A stretch of 64,000 nucleotides of DNA from the NCBI GenBank assembly GCA_947471565.1, contig CANIVT010000001.1, forward strand, positions 407 through 64,406, in the 5' to 3' direction. Origin of the DNA: Spartobacteria bacterium (GTDB taxonomy: Bacteria; Verrucomicrobiota; Verrucomicrobiia; Chthoniobacterales; UBA6821). The first letter of the stretch is position 1. Each line of letters starts with the position of its first letter. The position numbers were made by a program, and so were the translations under genes. Below the pieces are notes generated by a model. The model worked only from the letters and a program-made list of their open reading frames with translations, ran no database searches and was not told the DNA's origin. Below, in pieces: positions 21,641 through 32,216 of the stretch.

Positions 21641-23797
21641 ATGCCACCCAAAGTCCCGAGCACCAAATCCGCTTCCTCCAAGCCGTCCGGGAGCAAGGCG
21701 CCCTCCCGCGGCGCCTCCGCTTCCAAGTCGTCTTCCAAAGCCCCTGCTCGCGGTAGGGCTTCCGCCTCCAAGGTTGAGGCGAAAGAGCCCAAGAATTCCA
21801 AAGAGGCAAAAGAGGTTAAAAAGCCCGCTGTCAAGACCTCGGAACTCCCGACCCTCTCGCTGATCGACGAGCCCGTTCCGAAAAAGCGCGTCGTCACCGC
21901 AGCCAAGGCCCTGCCCCGCATCGGCGAGGAGGACCATGTCGCTTCGACGCCTGCTCCCGTTTCAGAAGCCGAGGAGATCCCTGTGGAGGATGAGGTAACC
22001 CCCGCGGGCGAGGACACGCGCAAGGTCATCCACATCAAGCCTCCCATCCAGATCAAGGAACTGGCGGCCCAGATGGATGTTCCTCCCTTCAAGATCATCA
22101 AGGATCTGATGGGGATGCAGATTTTTGCCAACATCAACCAGTCGGTGGAGCCCGAGATCGCGGGCAAGCTCTGCGAGCTTTACGGATTTGTCTTTGAGCG
22201 TGAAAAGCGCGTTGCCGGCGCCGGCGTCCACAAAGAGGAGAAGGTAGTCGTCGAGCCTCCGAAGCCGGTTGAGGAAAAGCCCGAGGAAAAGAAACTCCGC
22301 GGACCGATCATCACCTTCATGGGTCACGTTGACCATGGAAAGACCTCTCTTCTCGACGCCATCCGTCGCGCCAAGGTGGCCTCAGGCGAGGCTGGCGGCA
22401 TCACCCAGCGCATCGGCGCTTATTCCATCGACTGGAAGGGTCAACCCATCACCTTCATCGACACCCCCGGCCACGCCGCCTTCTCGGCAATGCGCGCACG
22501 TGGTGCGACTGTCACCGATATCGTCGTCCTCGTCGTCGCCGCCGATGACGGCCTGATGCCACAGACCCTCGAGGCCCTCAGCCATGCACAGGCCGCCAAG
22601 GTCACGATCATGGTCGCGATCAATAAATGCGATCTCAGGACCGCCAATCCCGACCGCGTGAAGCAGCAGCTTCAGGAAAAGGGACTTGTTGCCGAGGATT
22701 GGGGAGGGGACGTCGTGATGTGCGAGGTCTCAGCCGCCACCGGCAAGGGAATCGATAATCTGCTCGAGATGATGTCGTTGCAGGCCGAGGTTCTCGAACT
22801 CAAGGCCAATCCCGACCTTCCTGCCCGTGCGAACGTGATCGAGGCTCAGGTCGAGGCCGGACGTGGCCCCACCGCCACCATCATCGTTAATACCGGAACG
22901 CTACGCGTCGGAGACCCCTTCATCTGCGGCAACCACTGGGGCAAGGTAAAGCAGCTGATCGACGAGGATGGCAACGCCTTCAAGTCCGCCGGACCCGCCA
23001 TCCCGGCGAAGGTTCTGGGTCTCAGCGGTCTTCCCAATGCCGGCGATGAACTCGTCGTCATGGAGAGCGAGCGCTCCGCCCGCCAGCTCAGCGAGGAACG
23101 CTTGGATACCCTCCGCAAGGAGAAGCTCTCCGCCCCCAAGCGCGCCACACTCGAGAATCTCTTCGCTAACATCGAGGCCGACCAGAAGAAGACCCTCCAG
23201 ATCGTCCTCAAGGCCGACATGCAGGGATCGCTCGAGGCCATCACCGGCATGCTCTCCGACATCCCGCAGGAGAAGATCGATCTCAAGATCATCCACTCCG
23301 CTGTTGGCCCGATCACCGAGAGCGACGTCCTGTTGTCCAGTGCCTCGGACGCCGTCATCATTGGCTTCGGCATCAAGGTCGAGAACAGCGCCAACAATGC
23401 CGCCCGCAAGGAAGGGGTGCAGATCAAGCTCTTCAGCATCATCTACGAGTTGGCCGACCAGATGCGCGACGCCATGCAGGGGATGCTCGATCCCGAGGTG
23501 CGCGAGGCCGTCATCGGCCATGCCGAGGTCAAGCAGCTCTTCGATCTTACCAAGGGGATGGTTGCCGGATCGCTTGTCACTGACGGACGCATGTCCCGCT
23601 CGGCGCGCGCACGTGTCGTTCGTGGCAAGCAGGCCGTCTATGACGGTAGTCTCACGACCCTGCGACGCTTCACTGAGGATGTGAAGGAGGTCCGCGCCGG
23701 TCTCGAGTGCGGTATCCGCCTGGGCGATTATTCGGAGTACGAGGTCGGCGACATCATCGAGTGCTACACCCTCGAGAAGGTCGCCCAGACCCTCTGA
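21641..23797 (+). CDS. infB: Translation initiation factor IF-2
   Basis: [29 protein letters not shown]. Confidence 0.98.
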   Translation: MPPKVPSTKSASSKPSGSKAPSRGASASKSSSKAPARGRASASKVEAKEPKNSKEAKEVKKPAVKTSELPTLSLIDEPVPKKRVVTAAKALPRIGEEDHVASTPAPVSEAEEIPVEDEVTPAGEDTRKVIHIKPPIQIKELAAQMDVPPFKIIKDLMGMQIFANINQSVEPEIAGKLCELYGFVFEREKRVAGAGVHKEEKVVVEPPKPVEEKPEEKKLRGPIITFMGHVDHGKTSLLDAIRRAKVASGEAGGITQRIGAYSIDWKGQPITFIDTPGHAAFSAMRARGATVTDIVVLVVAADDGLMPQTLEALSHAQAAKVTIMVAINKCDLRTANPDRVKQQLQEKGLVAEDWGGDVVMCEVSAATGKGIDNLLEMMSLQAEVLELKANPDLPARANVIEAQVEAGRGPTATIIVNTGTLRVGDPFICGNHWGKVKQLIDEDGNAFKSAGPAIPAKVLGLSGLPNAGDELVVMESERSARQLSEERLDTLRKEKLSAPKRATLENLFANIEADQKKTLQIVLKADMQGSLEAITGMLSDIPQEKIDLKIIHSAVGPITESDVLLSSASDAVIIGFGIKVENSANNAARKEGVQIKLFSIIYELADQMRDAMQGMLDPEVREAVIGHAEVKQLFDLTKGMVAGSLVTDGRMSRSARARVVRGKQAVYDGSLTTLRRFTEDVKEVRAGLECGIRLGDYSEYEVGDIIECYTLEKVAQTL

Positions 23798-23841
23798 TCC
23801 CAGCCATCGTCCGGGGATCCGTCCCGGGGCTTTCCACGACC

Positions 23842-24234
23842 ATGAGCCTACGCACCCTGAGAGTCTGTGAACTGATCAAGCGGGAACTCGGCGTGATCGT
23901 CGGACGTGAGCTGAAATTCGACGCGCCGCTGGTGACGATCCGCGCTGTGGATATCACCCCTGACCTGAAGAACGCCCATGTCTTCGTGAGCGTTATCGGC
24001 ACTCCGGGGCAAAAGAAACAGGCGATTGCTGCGCTGGAAGGAGCTCGACAGCATCTCCAGCACGAACTGTCGCGCCGCGTCATCCTGAAATACACGCCCC
24101 ACCTCCACTTCCAGCTCGACGAGTCGATCGAGCGGGGAACGCGGGTGCTCAGTCTGCTCGATGAGATCGCCCCGACCCTGCCTCCTGACGAGGTTCCCGG
24201 GGAGGATCCGGAGGACGGGGAGGCTGAGCGATGA
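23842..24234 (+). CDS. rbfA: Ribosome-binding factor A
   Basis: VDITPDLKNAHV, KYTPHLHF..D; position after infB. Confidence 0.95.
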   Translation: MSLRTLRVCELIKRELGVIVGRELKFDAPLVTIRAVDITPDLKNAHVFVSVIGTPGQKKQAIAALEGARQHLQHELSRRVILKYTPHLHFQLDESIERGTRVLSLLDEIAPTLPPDEVPGEDPEDGEAER

Positions 24235-25211
24235 AGAACGCCACCTTTTCCGAGATCCGAGAGGCGCTTCGCGGCAAGCGCCGTATCCTGGTCGCCAGCC
24301 ATCTTCGTCCCGATGCCGATGCCTACGGGTCGACGATCGCAGTCGCCCTATGGCTGCTCTCCGAGGGACACGAGGTTACCGCCTGGAACGAGGACGGAAT
24401 GCTCTCCAAGTTTGCCTTTCTACCTTCCTCGGAGCTCGTCACTGCACCGCCGGAGACACCGGTCGCCTTCGACGCGGTGCTGGCCCTCGATACCTCGGTA
24501 AAGAACCGTCTCGGTACGGTCATCGGCGCTGTCTCTGATTCCCCGCTCTGGATCTGTATCGATCATCATCGTAGCAACGAGGGATACGGAGATCTCAACC
24601 TCATCGATCCCACCCGTCCGGCAACGGGACAGATCATCGCCGAGGGTTTCTTTGACGCGGGCATCACGGTCACCCCCGAGATGGCCACCAATCTTTTCGC
24701 CGCCATTTCCACCGATACCGGCTCCTTCCAATACGAGGGGACTGGTGCCGAGACCTACGAGGTAGCCGCCAAGCTGATCCGCCTCGGCGTTCATGTGGCA
24801 ATGCTCTCGAGGTCACTCTACGAGAATCAGCCGCGCCGCCGGCTTGAACTGCTCAGGCATGCGCTTGTGAACGCCAAGTTCACCTGCGAGGACCGCGTGG
24901 CGAGTTTCTCCCTTTCGATGGCCGACGTGGAGCGACTCGGTGTCATCCCTGAGGATAACGAGGGGATCATCGATCACCTCCGATCCGTGGAGGGGGTGAA
25001 GGCTGCCGCGTTTTTTGAGGAAATGCCCGACGGGAAGGTCCGGTTGAGCCTCCGCTCCAAGGATTCGAGTTTCGACGCTTGCGCCCTCTGCAGCCGGTTC
25101 GGCGGCGGCGGGCATCTCATGGCTTCCGGAGCCCGTATCACGGGAACCCTTGCCGACGTCGAGTCCCGTGTGCTCGAGGCGATCTGCGCCGACATCAACG
25201 CCAACCGGTAA
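24231..25211 (+). CDS. nrnA: DHH-family oligoribonuclease / pAp phosphatase
   Basis: H.RPDADA, IDHH, TDTGSF, SLRS, GGGH. Confidence 0.9.
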   Translation: MKNATFSEIREALRGKRRILVASHLRPDADAYGSTIAVALWLLSEGHEVTAWNEDGMLSKFAFLPSSELVTAPPETPVAFDAVLALDTSVKNRLGTVIGAVSDSPLWICIDHHRSNEGYGDLNLIDPTRPATGQIIAEGFFDAGITVTPEMATNLFAAISTDTGSFQYEGTGAETYEVAAKLIRLGVHVAMLSRSLYENQPRRRLELLRHALVNAKFTCEDRVASFSLSMADVERLGVIPEDNEGIIDHLRSVEGVKAAAFFEEMPDGKVRLSLRSKDSSFDACALCSRFGGGGHLMASGARITGTLADVESRVLEAICADINANR

Positions 25212-25230
25212 TCACCAAGGAATTCGATCC

Positions 25231-25953
25231 ATGCGCCCCGAATCCACCCTTGATGGCGTCCTCCCCATCGATAAGGCCTCCGGAATGACCTCCCACGATG
25301 TGGTGGCCATCGTTCGCCGAGTTCTCAACACCAAAAAGGTTGGCCATTGCGGGACCCTTGATCCCATGGCCACTGGTCTGTTGCTCCTGACGCTCGGACG
25401 AGGTACTAAGATCCAGGATCTCCTCATGAGCGAGGACAAGGAATACGTCGGGACCTTAAAGCTCGGGGAGACGACCGATTCGCAGGATGCCGACGGGGAG
25501 GTCACCTCAACGAATCCGGTTCCGCAACTAAGCGCCCAGCAACTCGAGGCGGCATTTGCCAAATACGACGGCGATTTTTACCAGACCCCGCCGATGGTCT
25601 CGGCCATCAAGAAAGACGGCGTTGCTCTATACAAGTTGGCCCGCCAGGGCAAGACGATTGAGCGCGAACCCCGTTTCGTCCACATCTACGCCCATCAGAT
25701 CCTCGGGACCCGCTTGCCGGAGGTCGACTTCCGGGTTGTTTGCAGCAAGGGATTCTATGTTCGCACCTACGCGCACGATATCGGCAATGATCTCGGTTGC
25801 GGGGCGCATCTCAATGCTCTGCGCCGTACAAAGTCTGGACGGTTCGACGTCGAGATGTCTTTCCCAGCAGATCAACTCAAGACGGCTTCCCGCGAGGAGA
25901 TCCTCGCGAAGCTACTGACCCTCCCTCAGGTCTCCCGCATCCGCGGAGCATAA
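25231..25953 (+). CDS. truB: tRNA pseudouridine(55) synthase
   Basis: KVGHCGTLDPMATG, PPMVSAIK, CSKGFYVR. Confidence 0.96.
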   Translation: MRPESTLDGVLPIDKASGMTSHDVVAIVRRVLNTKKVGHCGTLDPMATGLLLLTLGRGTKIQDLLMSEDKEYVGTLKLGETTDSQDADGEVTSTNPVPQLSAQQLEAAFAKYDGDFYQTPPMVSAIKKDGVALYKLARQGKTIEREPRFVHIYAHQILGTRLPEVDFRVVCSKGFYVRTYAHDIGNDLGCGAHLNALRRTKSGRFDVEMSFPADQLKTASREEILAKLLTLPQVSRIRGA

Positions 25954-25966
25954 GAGTTAAATTTTC

Positions 25967-26094
25967 CCGCAGAGGCGCGGAGTCGCGGAGGTGGGAAAAA
26001 AGAGTGAATGATTCAGGGATGCAGTTGGATATCCTCATGTTCTTCATCACCTGAATTCCTTGAAAATATCTCTGCGTCTCTGCGCCTCTGCGCG
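25967..26094. repeat. Nonamer-period (CGCAGAGGC-type) inverted-repeat element between truB and ribF
   Basis: CGCAGAGGCGCGGAGTCGCGGAG ... CTCTGCGTCTCTGCGCCTCTGCG. Confidence 0.85.
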
Positions 26095-26108
26095 ATAAAA
26101 CTCAATCG

Positions 26109-27038
26109 ATGATCATTCTCAAAGCCATTGAGGAGCTTGCCAGCCTGAAGGGATCGATTGTCCTGGCAGCGGGGACATTCGACGGGGTGCATCTCGGCCA
26201 TCAGGCGCTCATCCGTCGCGCGATGTACGAAGCCGCTTCCTGTGGTGGTACGGCCGTGGTGATGACTTTTGACCGGCATCCCGCCGCACTGTTGCGGCCG
26301 GAGAAAGCTCCCAAGCTGTTGACTCGGAACCACGAGAAAATTGCCCTACTGGAAGAGATGGGTGTTCCAGTCCTGCTGATGCTCCCTTTCACGAGTGATC
26401 TTGCTGCCGTATCCGCCCGCGACTTCATCACGTCGCTTGTCCATTCAGCTGCTCCCTTGAGGGCAATCTGCGTCGGGAGCCAGTGGTCCTATGGCAGGGG
26501 AGGGGAGGGGAATGTGTCTCGATTGCGTGAACTTGGTGCGGAATGGAACTTTGAGGTGATCCAGATCGATCCCGTCTCAGCCGGTGATGCTCCGATCAGC
26601 AGCACTCGGATCAGGGCCGCGATCTCCTCAGGAAATCTTACCGAGGCCGCCACCTGTCTGGGACATCCCTTCCTGCTTTCCGGCACTGTTATTACCGGAG
26701 CAGGGCTCGGTTCCAAAATCGGATTCCCGACCGCGAATCTCGATGTCGCCGGGATGCTGTTACCCCCCAACGGCGTCTACGCTGCGAAAGTCCGCCAGGG
26801 AGAATCGATTCTGAGAGGCGTCTGTAATATCGGCCTCCGCCCCACGGTCGATGACTCAGCCGTGACGCCCATGGTGGAGGTTCATCTTTTCGATTTCTCA
26901 GCCGATCTCGTCGGCGAGGAACTCTCGTTGGAGTTTGTGAAGTTTCTGCGTCCGGAGCAGAAGTTTTCCGGAATCGAGGAATTGAAAAGACAGATTTCCC
27001 GGGACTGCGCTGATGCGAGAAAAACGCTCAGTGCCTAA
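26109..27038 (+). CDS. ribF: Bifunctional riboflavin kinase / FAD synthetase
   Basis: GTFDGVHLGH, ISSTRIR, GFPTAN, NIGLRPT, EVHLFD. Confidence 0.96.
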   Translation: MIILKAIEELASLKGSIVLAAGTFDGVHLGHQALIRRAMYEAASCGGTAVVMTFDRHPAALLRPEKAPKLLTRNHEKIALLEEMGVPVLLMLPFTSDLAAVSARDFITSLVHSAAPLRAICVGSQWSYGRGGEGNVSRLRELGAEWNFEVIQIDPVSAGDAPISSTRIRAAISSGNLTEAATCLGHPFLLSGTVITGAGLGSKIGFPTANLDVAGMLLPPNGVYAAKVRQGESILRGVCNIGLRPTVDDSAVTPMVEVHLFDFSADLVGEELSLEFVKFLRPEQKFSGIEELKRQISRDCADARKTLSA

Positions 27039-27960
27039 GCGCTGAAAGAGCCTCCCGCATCGTTTCAAGCGGGGCTGGTTCGCCGAACCAGAGGGCGTTC
27101 TGCAGGACCCCCTGACGAAGGAGCATGGAGAATCCATTGGCGCCTCGAATCCCTAACTCGCCTGCCTGTTTCAGGAGGGCTGTCTCGCCACCGCTGTAGA
27201 CGGTATCATAGACGAGGTGGTGTGAGTTCAGAAGTCCTTCTGGAAGATTTTGAAGAGGAGAGGGATCGTCTGATTTCATGCCCAGAGGCGTGGCATTGAT
27301 AATGAGATCCACGGAGGAGAGCGTTGGGCGGAGATCTTCGAGATCGAGCGAAACAGACGTCACTTCTTTGCCGAGTGATTCTCGGATCTCGCTCGCAAGG
27401 GATGCTCCTTTTTCAGCATTCCGGTTGGCGATGGTGATGGAGGGGCATCCCTCAAGGGAACACTGAACCGTGATTGCTCGTCCTGCTCCTCCTGCTCCGC
27501 CGAGAATAAGAACGCGGAGATCCTGCAGGGGAATTCCGAACTCCTCATGGATTGCGGCGGATAGGCCCGGGCCGTCGGTGTTGTGACCGAGGAGCTTTCC
27601 GTTGTGAAGGACTACCGTGTTGATTGCTCCCATGATTCGGGCTTCGCGGGTGACCTCGTTCATCAGCGGGAGGGCCGCCTGCTTGTGGGGAATGGTAAGA
27701 CTGACTCCTAGGAATCCTGTCGCGGAAAGATTCCCCAGAGCGACGGGCAATTCCTCGGGGGTAACGAGGATGCGAACATACTGAGCCTCAAGTCCGCGGG
27801 CTTTCAGTGCCGCATTCTGCATTTGCGGCGAGGCGGAGTGAGCAACAGGATCGCCGAAAATCGCCAGCCTTGCCGAAGGATGCAGGGTTTTCAGGGGACC
27901 TTCACCCCGTGCGAGCAGGGCGAGATCGTCAGCGCTGAAAACCTCTGCGTCTTTACTCAT
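27028..27960 (-). CDS. aroE: Shikimate dehydrogenase
   Basis: GDPVAHSASP, TIPHK, GAINT, NTDG, INATPLG. Confidence 0.94.
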   Translation of the reverse strand: MSKDAEVFSADDLALLARGEGPLKTLHPSARLAIFGDPVAHSASPQMQNAALKARGLEAQYVRILVTPEELPVALGNLSATGFLGVSLTIPHKQAALPLMNEVTREARIMGAINTVVLHNGKLLGHNTDGPGLSAAIHEEFGIPLQDLRVLILGGAGGAGRAITVQCSLEGCPSITIANRNAEKGASLASEIRESLGKEVTSVSLDLEDLRPTLSSVDLIINATPLGMKSDDPSPLQNLPEGLLNSHHLVYDTVYSGGETALLKQAGELGIRGANGFSMLLRQGVLQNALWFGEPAPLETMREALSALRH

Positions 27961-29288
27961 GCAGAAGTGCCTAAAGCCTTTATGATGCCCTTCTCGAATC
28001 GGGCGAGGGTGCGCTGCTTGCCCAGAATCTCAAGCATCTCGTAAAGCCCGGGTCCAATTCCACGACCGCTTGCCGCTACCCGTGCGGGATGAACTAATTC
28101 ACCGGTCTTCACCCCGATCTTTGCCGCGGTCTCTTTGAGCGCGGATTCGAGCGAGGCCAGATCCCAGATCGCAAGGGCGGAGTAGGCGTCACGGAGCGCC
28201 GACAGGCGCTCCACAGCGAGAGGACCTGTGAGGGACTTGGCTACGGCGGCCTCGTCGAAAGAAAACTCCTCGTTGAAGAAATAGCCGACCCACTCGGGCA
28301 GATCCTTCAGGAGTTTCACCTTGGGCTTCACGATGCTGAGGACCTTTTCGAGAGCATTCCAGGTAGGCCATGTGATGCCTGCCTTTTCGAGGAAGGGCAC
28401 AGCCAATTCCGCATAGCGAGCCAGATCCATGGAGAGGAGATACTGACCGTTGATCCAGAAGCATTTGTCGAGGTCGAAGGCGGCGTTGCGCCTATTGATG
28501 TTACCGAGTTCAAAGAGGGCGACGACTTCCTCCGTGGAGATGATCTCGCGGTTTTCCTTCGGCGACCAACCGAGCAGGCAGAGGTAGTTTCGCACGGCCT
28601 CCGGGACATACCCGGCCTCGGGGTAAGTGCCGAGGGCCGCTCCTTCATCGCGCTTGCTCATCTTGGAGCCGTCTCGGTTCAGGATGAGAGGCATGTGGGC
28701 GAAGCGGGGCGGTTCGGCGCCCAGTGCGCGGTAGAGCTCGATGTGCTTCGGGGTGTTGGAGAGATGATCTTCGCCGCGAATGACGTGGGAGATCTTCATC
28801 TCGATGTCGTCGACCACACTGACGAAGTGGAAGATCCAGGAACCGTCGGGACGGCGCAGCGTCAGATCGGGGTGGGTTCCGGGATTGGTCAGGTCGAACT
28901 CGATCTTTCCGCAAATCTCGTCATCGACGAAAACCTTCTCGCGGGGTGAGCGGAAACGGATGGCCCCGTTGTCTTCGTAAAGATGCCCGCCCTTCTCCAG
29001 ACGCGAGAGGTATTCCTCGTAGATCGCCCCGCGCTCACTCTGGTAGTAGGGACCGTGGTTACCGCCTTTCTGCGGACCCTCGTCCCAGTCGAGGCCAAGC
29101 CAGTGGAGGCCATCGAGGATCACCTGCTTGGCCTGCTCGGTGTTACGGCTGTGGTCGGTGTCCTCGATGCGGAGAACAAAGGTACCCCCGTGCTTCTTGG
29201 CGTAGATCCAGTTGAACAGGGCGGTGCGGGCTCCTCCCACGTGGAGGAGGCCGGTTGGGGATGGGGCGAAGCGGGTACGGACGGTCAT
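27957..29288 (-). CDS. gltX: Glutamate--tRNA ligase
   Basis: RFAPSPTGLLHVG, LRIEDTD, HVIRGEDH, KMSKR. Confidence 0.97.
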   Translation of the reverse strand: MTVRTRFAPSPTGLLHVGGARTALFNWIYAKKHGGTFVLRIEDTDHSRNTEQAKQVILDGLHWLGLDWDEGPQKGGNHGPYYQSERGAIYEEYLSRLEKGGHLYEDNGAIRFRSPREKVFVDDEICGKIEFDLTNPGTHPDLTLRRPDGSWIFHFVSVVDDIEMKISHVIRGEDHLSNTPKHIELYRALGAEPPRFAHMPLILNRDGSKMSKRDEGAALGTYPEAGYVPEAVRNYLCLLGWSPKENREIISTEEVVALFELGNINRRNAAFDLDKCFWINGQYLLSMDLARYAELAVPFLEKAGITWPTWNALEKVLSIVKPKVKLLKDLPEWVGYFFNEEFSFDEAAVAKSLTGPLAVERLSALRDAYSALAIWDLASLESALKETAAKIGVKTGELVHPARVAASGRGIGPGLYEMLEILGKQRTLARFEKGIIKALGTSA

Positions 29289-29321
29289 AGTTGTAAAAAT
29301 GAAACCATAAAAAACAGTTAC

Positions 29322-29500
29322 AACCACGAAAAACACGAACGGTACGAAAAGCGGATTTGAAAGGGCATAAAACGACTCTTCGCTACTTGGCGTGGGTAAC
29401 TGGGGATCTTTACAACCGAGCCCTTGGTCCCGAGAGGGATGAGGAGAGTGCAGGGAACGATATCACCTTCCTTTTCGTGCTTTTTATGTTGTTCGCGGTT
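29322..29500. repeat. Nonamer-period (AACCACGAA-type) inverted-repeat element upstream of gltX
   Basis: AACCACGAA-AAACACGAA-CGGTACGAA ... TTCGTGCTT-TTTATGTTG-TTCGCGGTT. Confidence 0.7.
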
Positions 29501-29584
29501 CTTTGCCATGCAGAGAATTCATTTACGGGGCCAACTCAAGCGCGTAGGGTCGGGATTCCAGCAAAACAACTGATTTTCACCGCC

Positions 29585-30058
29585 ATGACCCTCTCCGAAC
29601 GCATCGACTACGACCTGAAGGAAGCCATGAAGGCCCGCGAGGCCGCCAGACTCGGCGCACTTCGGATGCTCAAGAGCGCCTTCAAATACGCCGCCATTGA
29701 GAAGAGCGGAGCTGATGCCGTGGTGGACGATGAGACGGCCATGTCGGTGATCCGCAAGCAGATCAAGCAGCGAGAGGATGCGGCCGAGGGATTTGAGAAG
29801 GGAGGTCGTCCTGAGCAGGCCGCTGCGGAGCGAGCGGAGATTGTCTTTTTCTCCGCCTATCTCCCTGCTGCCCTTTCGCCAGAGGAACTTTCCACTCTTG
29901 TTAAGGAAGCGATTGCCGAAGTAGGCGCTTCCCTCGGAACACCAGCTGGTCTTGGAAAGGCCCAGATGGGTGCTGTCATGAAGGCCGCCCAGGCCAAGGC
30001 CGCCGGGCGTGCCGACGGACGCAGTCTCAGCGCAGAGGTCCAGAAGCAGCTTCCCTGA
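29585..30058 (+). CDS. yqeY: GatB/YqeY domain protein
   Basis: DLKEAMKA, IRKQIKQR, YLP, MGAVM, GRADG. Confidence 0.9.
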   Translation: MTLSERIDYDLKEAMKAREAARLGALRMLKSAFKYAAIEKSGADAVVDDETAMSVIRKQIKQREDAAEGFEKGGRPEQAAAERAEIVFFSAYLPAALSPEELSTLVKEAIAEVGASLGTPAGLGKAQMGAVMKAAQAKAAGRADGRSLSAEVQKQLP

Positions 30059-30098
30059 TCTCTTCTAGTAACGTTTCCGGGAAGTCCCGGTTGATCCC

Positions 30099-30803
30099 AT
30101 GAACCAAGGCACCCCAACAGCTGGCGCCGTAATCGTTGGTGGAGGCTCGGGGAGTCGCTTTGGCGGCGACAAGCTCACGGGACTGATTGCCGGGAAGCCC
30201 CTCATTGCCCACACGCTTTCGGCCTTTGAGGCGTCAGGTGGCATCTCTTCGCTCGTTCTTGTGGTTCCCGTTGGACGCGAGGAGGAATTCCGCGCCATCG
30301 CTCGGGATGCCGGGATTACCAAACTGAGTGGAGTGGTCATCGGAGGGGGGCATCGTCACGAGTCCGTCCTGAAAGGATTGAAAGCCCTCCCTCCTGAGAT
30401 CGATTTCGTGGCTATCCATGACGCCGCGCGCCCTTTGATCACGCCTGAACTGATCACCCGTTCGCTGGAGGCCGCATTTCGCGAAGGGGCCTCAGCCGTT
30501 GCGGCACCCGTGACCGACACTCTGCACCGAATCGATCATTCCGGGTATGCGGCTGGAACGCTTGATCGCTCATCATTAAGGGCGATGCAGACCCCTCAGG
30601 TCTTCAGGGTCCATGAGATCATGAAGCATTTTGATGCCGTGGAGGGAATCCCCACCGATGAGGTCTCTGTTGCGATGGCAGCTGGAAAAAAAGTCTCTCT
30701 CGTCGAGCATTCCGAGCCGAATCTCAAAGTCACCTGGCCACAGGATGTCGTGATGGCGGAGGCTCTCCTGCTTGCCCTAGCAAAGGAAGACAGAGGATCG
30801 TGA
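30099..30803 (+). CDS. ispD: 2-C-methyl-D-erythritol 4-phosphate cytidylyltransferase
   Basis: GGSGSRFG..K, IHDAARP, QTPQ, TDE, NLKVT. Confidence 0.92.
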   Translation: MNQGTPTAGAVIVGGGSGSRFGGDKLTGLIAGKPLIAHTLSAFEASGGISSLVLVVPVGREEEFRAIARDAGITKLSGVVIGGGHRHESVLKGLKALPPEIDFVAIHDAARPLITPELITRSLEAAFREGASAVAAPVTDTLHRIDHSGYAAGTLDRSSLRAMQTPQVFRVHEIMKHFDAVEGIPTDEVSVAMAAGKKVSLVEHSEPNLKVTWPQDVVMAEALLLALAKEDRGS

Positions 30804-32068
30804 AGCCACAGATCTCAACGCTTCCCAACGGACTTCGCGTTGCAACCTGCGCGATGCCTTCGTCCCAGACGGTTGCCGTGGGTATTTGGGCCGCGGTGGG
30901 TGCCAGACACGAATCCGCACGTGTCGGGGGGATTTCCCACTTTCTGGAGCATCTTCTCTTCAAGGGAACTAAGAAGCGGAGTGCTCGACGCATCAGTGAG
31001 GAAGTCGAGGGGGTGGGGGGAGACCTGAATGCCTACACCGCCGAGGAGCGCACCTGCTACTATGCGGCGGCTTCCGTCGAGCATCTCGGACGGGTCACCG
31101 ATGTCCTCTGCGACATGTACCGAAACTCCCGGCTCGATGCGGGGGAGATCGAGAGGGAGCGTGGTGTCATCGCCGAGGAGATTGAGATGATCAGGGATGA
31201 ACCGGCCCAGCATGTGCACGAACTCCTCACCGCCGAGACATGGTCTGGTTCCTCTCTGTCCCGACCGATCACGGGGACTAAGAAGAGTCTTGGATCGATC
31301 ACTCGATCGGATCTCAAGGCGTATCTCTCCACCAATTACCATGCCGGTCGCACGATTCTGACGGCTGCTGGAGCCGTTAATCACGATGAGATTGTGTCCA
31401 TGGCGAGCAAGCTTCTCGGAGGTCTCCCGAAGGGAGTTGCCCTGAAAAAGCCACCGACTCCGCAACCACAGAGAACACCGCGAGTCGTTACGGAGACTCG
31501 TGACACGCAGCAGACGCAGTTAGCCCTTTCTTTCCGGGGGATCGGGGCGCATGACCCGAGACGCTATGCTGTCTCCCTGCTTCACGTTCTCTTGGGTGGT
31601 AACATGAGTTCCCGTCTTTTTCAGGAACTGAGGGAGAGGCGCGGTCTCTGCTACTCGGTCAGCACGGCACTCTCCACACACTCCGACTGCGGTGCCTTTG
31701 AGATTTCCCTGGGCCTCGACGGGGAGAAGGTGGAGAAAGCCCTTGGTCTGATCCTCAAGGAATGCGACCGGATCGGGGCCAAAGGACCCTCCAAGTCCGA
31801 ACTCAAGCGCGCCTGTGATTACTCGATAGGCACCAGTCGCATGGCTCTGGAACGCGCCTCCACCCAGAACTACCGCCTCGGTACATCCCTACTCACCTAC
31901 GGGAAGATCGTCCCACCCGAGCAGGTCTACGAGCGTCTAGCGAAGGTCACCCCGGAAGAGATCCGTAAAGTCGCTTCCCAGGTTTTGAACCGCCGTACCC
32001 TCTGCCTCGCCATGGTCGGCCCTGGCCCTTCAAAGGTACGTTTACTCAGGCTGATCCGTAAGAGCTGA
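30800..32068 (+). CDS. M16-family zinc peptidase
   Basis: GISHFLEHLLFKGT (HxxEH), NAYT, SSRLFQELRERRGLCY. Confidence 0.93.
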   Translation: MKPQISTLPNGLRVATCAMPSSQTVAVGIWAAVGARHESARVGGISHFLEHLLFKGTKKRSARRISEEVEGVGGDLNAYTAEERTCYYAAASVEHLGRVTDVLCDMYRNSRLDAGEIERERGVIAEEIEMIRDEPAQHVHELLTAETWSGSSLSRPITGTKKSLGSITRSDLKAYLSTNYHAGRTILTAAGAVNHDEIVSMASKLLGGLPKGVALKKPPTPQPQRTPRVVTETRDTQQTQLALSFRGIGAHDPRRYAVSLLHVLLGGNMSSRLFQELRERRGLCYSVSTALSTHSDCGAFEISLGLDGEKVEKALGLILKECDRIGAKGPSKSELKRACDYSIGTSRMALERASTQNYRLGTSLLTYGKIVPPEQVYERLAKVTPEEIRKVASQVLNRRTLCLAMVGPGPSKVRLLRLIRKS

Positions 32069-32216
32069 TTAATTTGGATTTTCTCGCGCAGAGACTCAGA
32101 GGACGAAAAAGAGCAGAAGGGAAGATCAGCGATTCATGCAAGGTCAGGAGGTGTCACTTCTCCTTCATTGATTGACTCCTGAGAACGATCACCCTGAACT
32201 CACCAATACGTACCCC

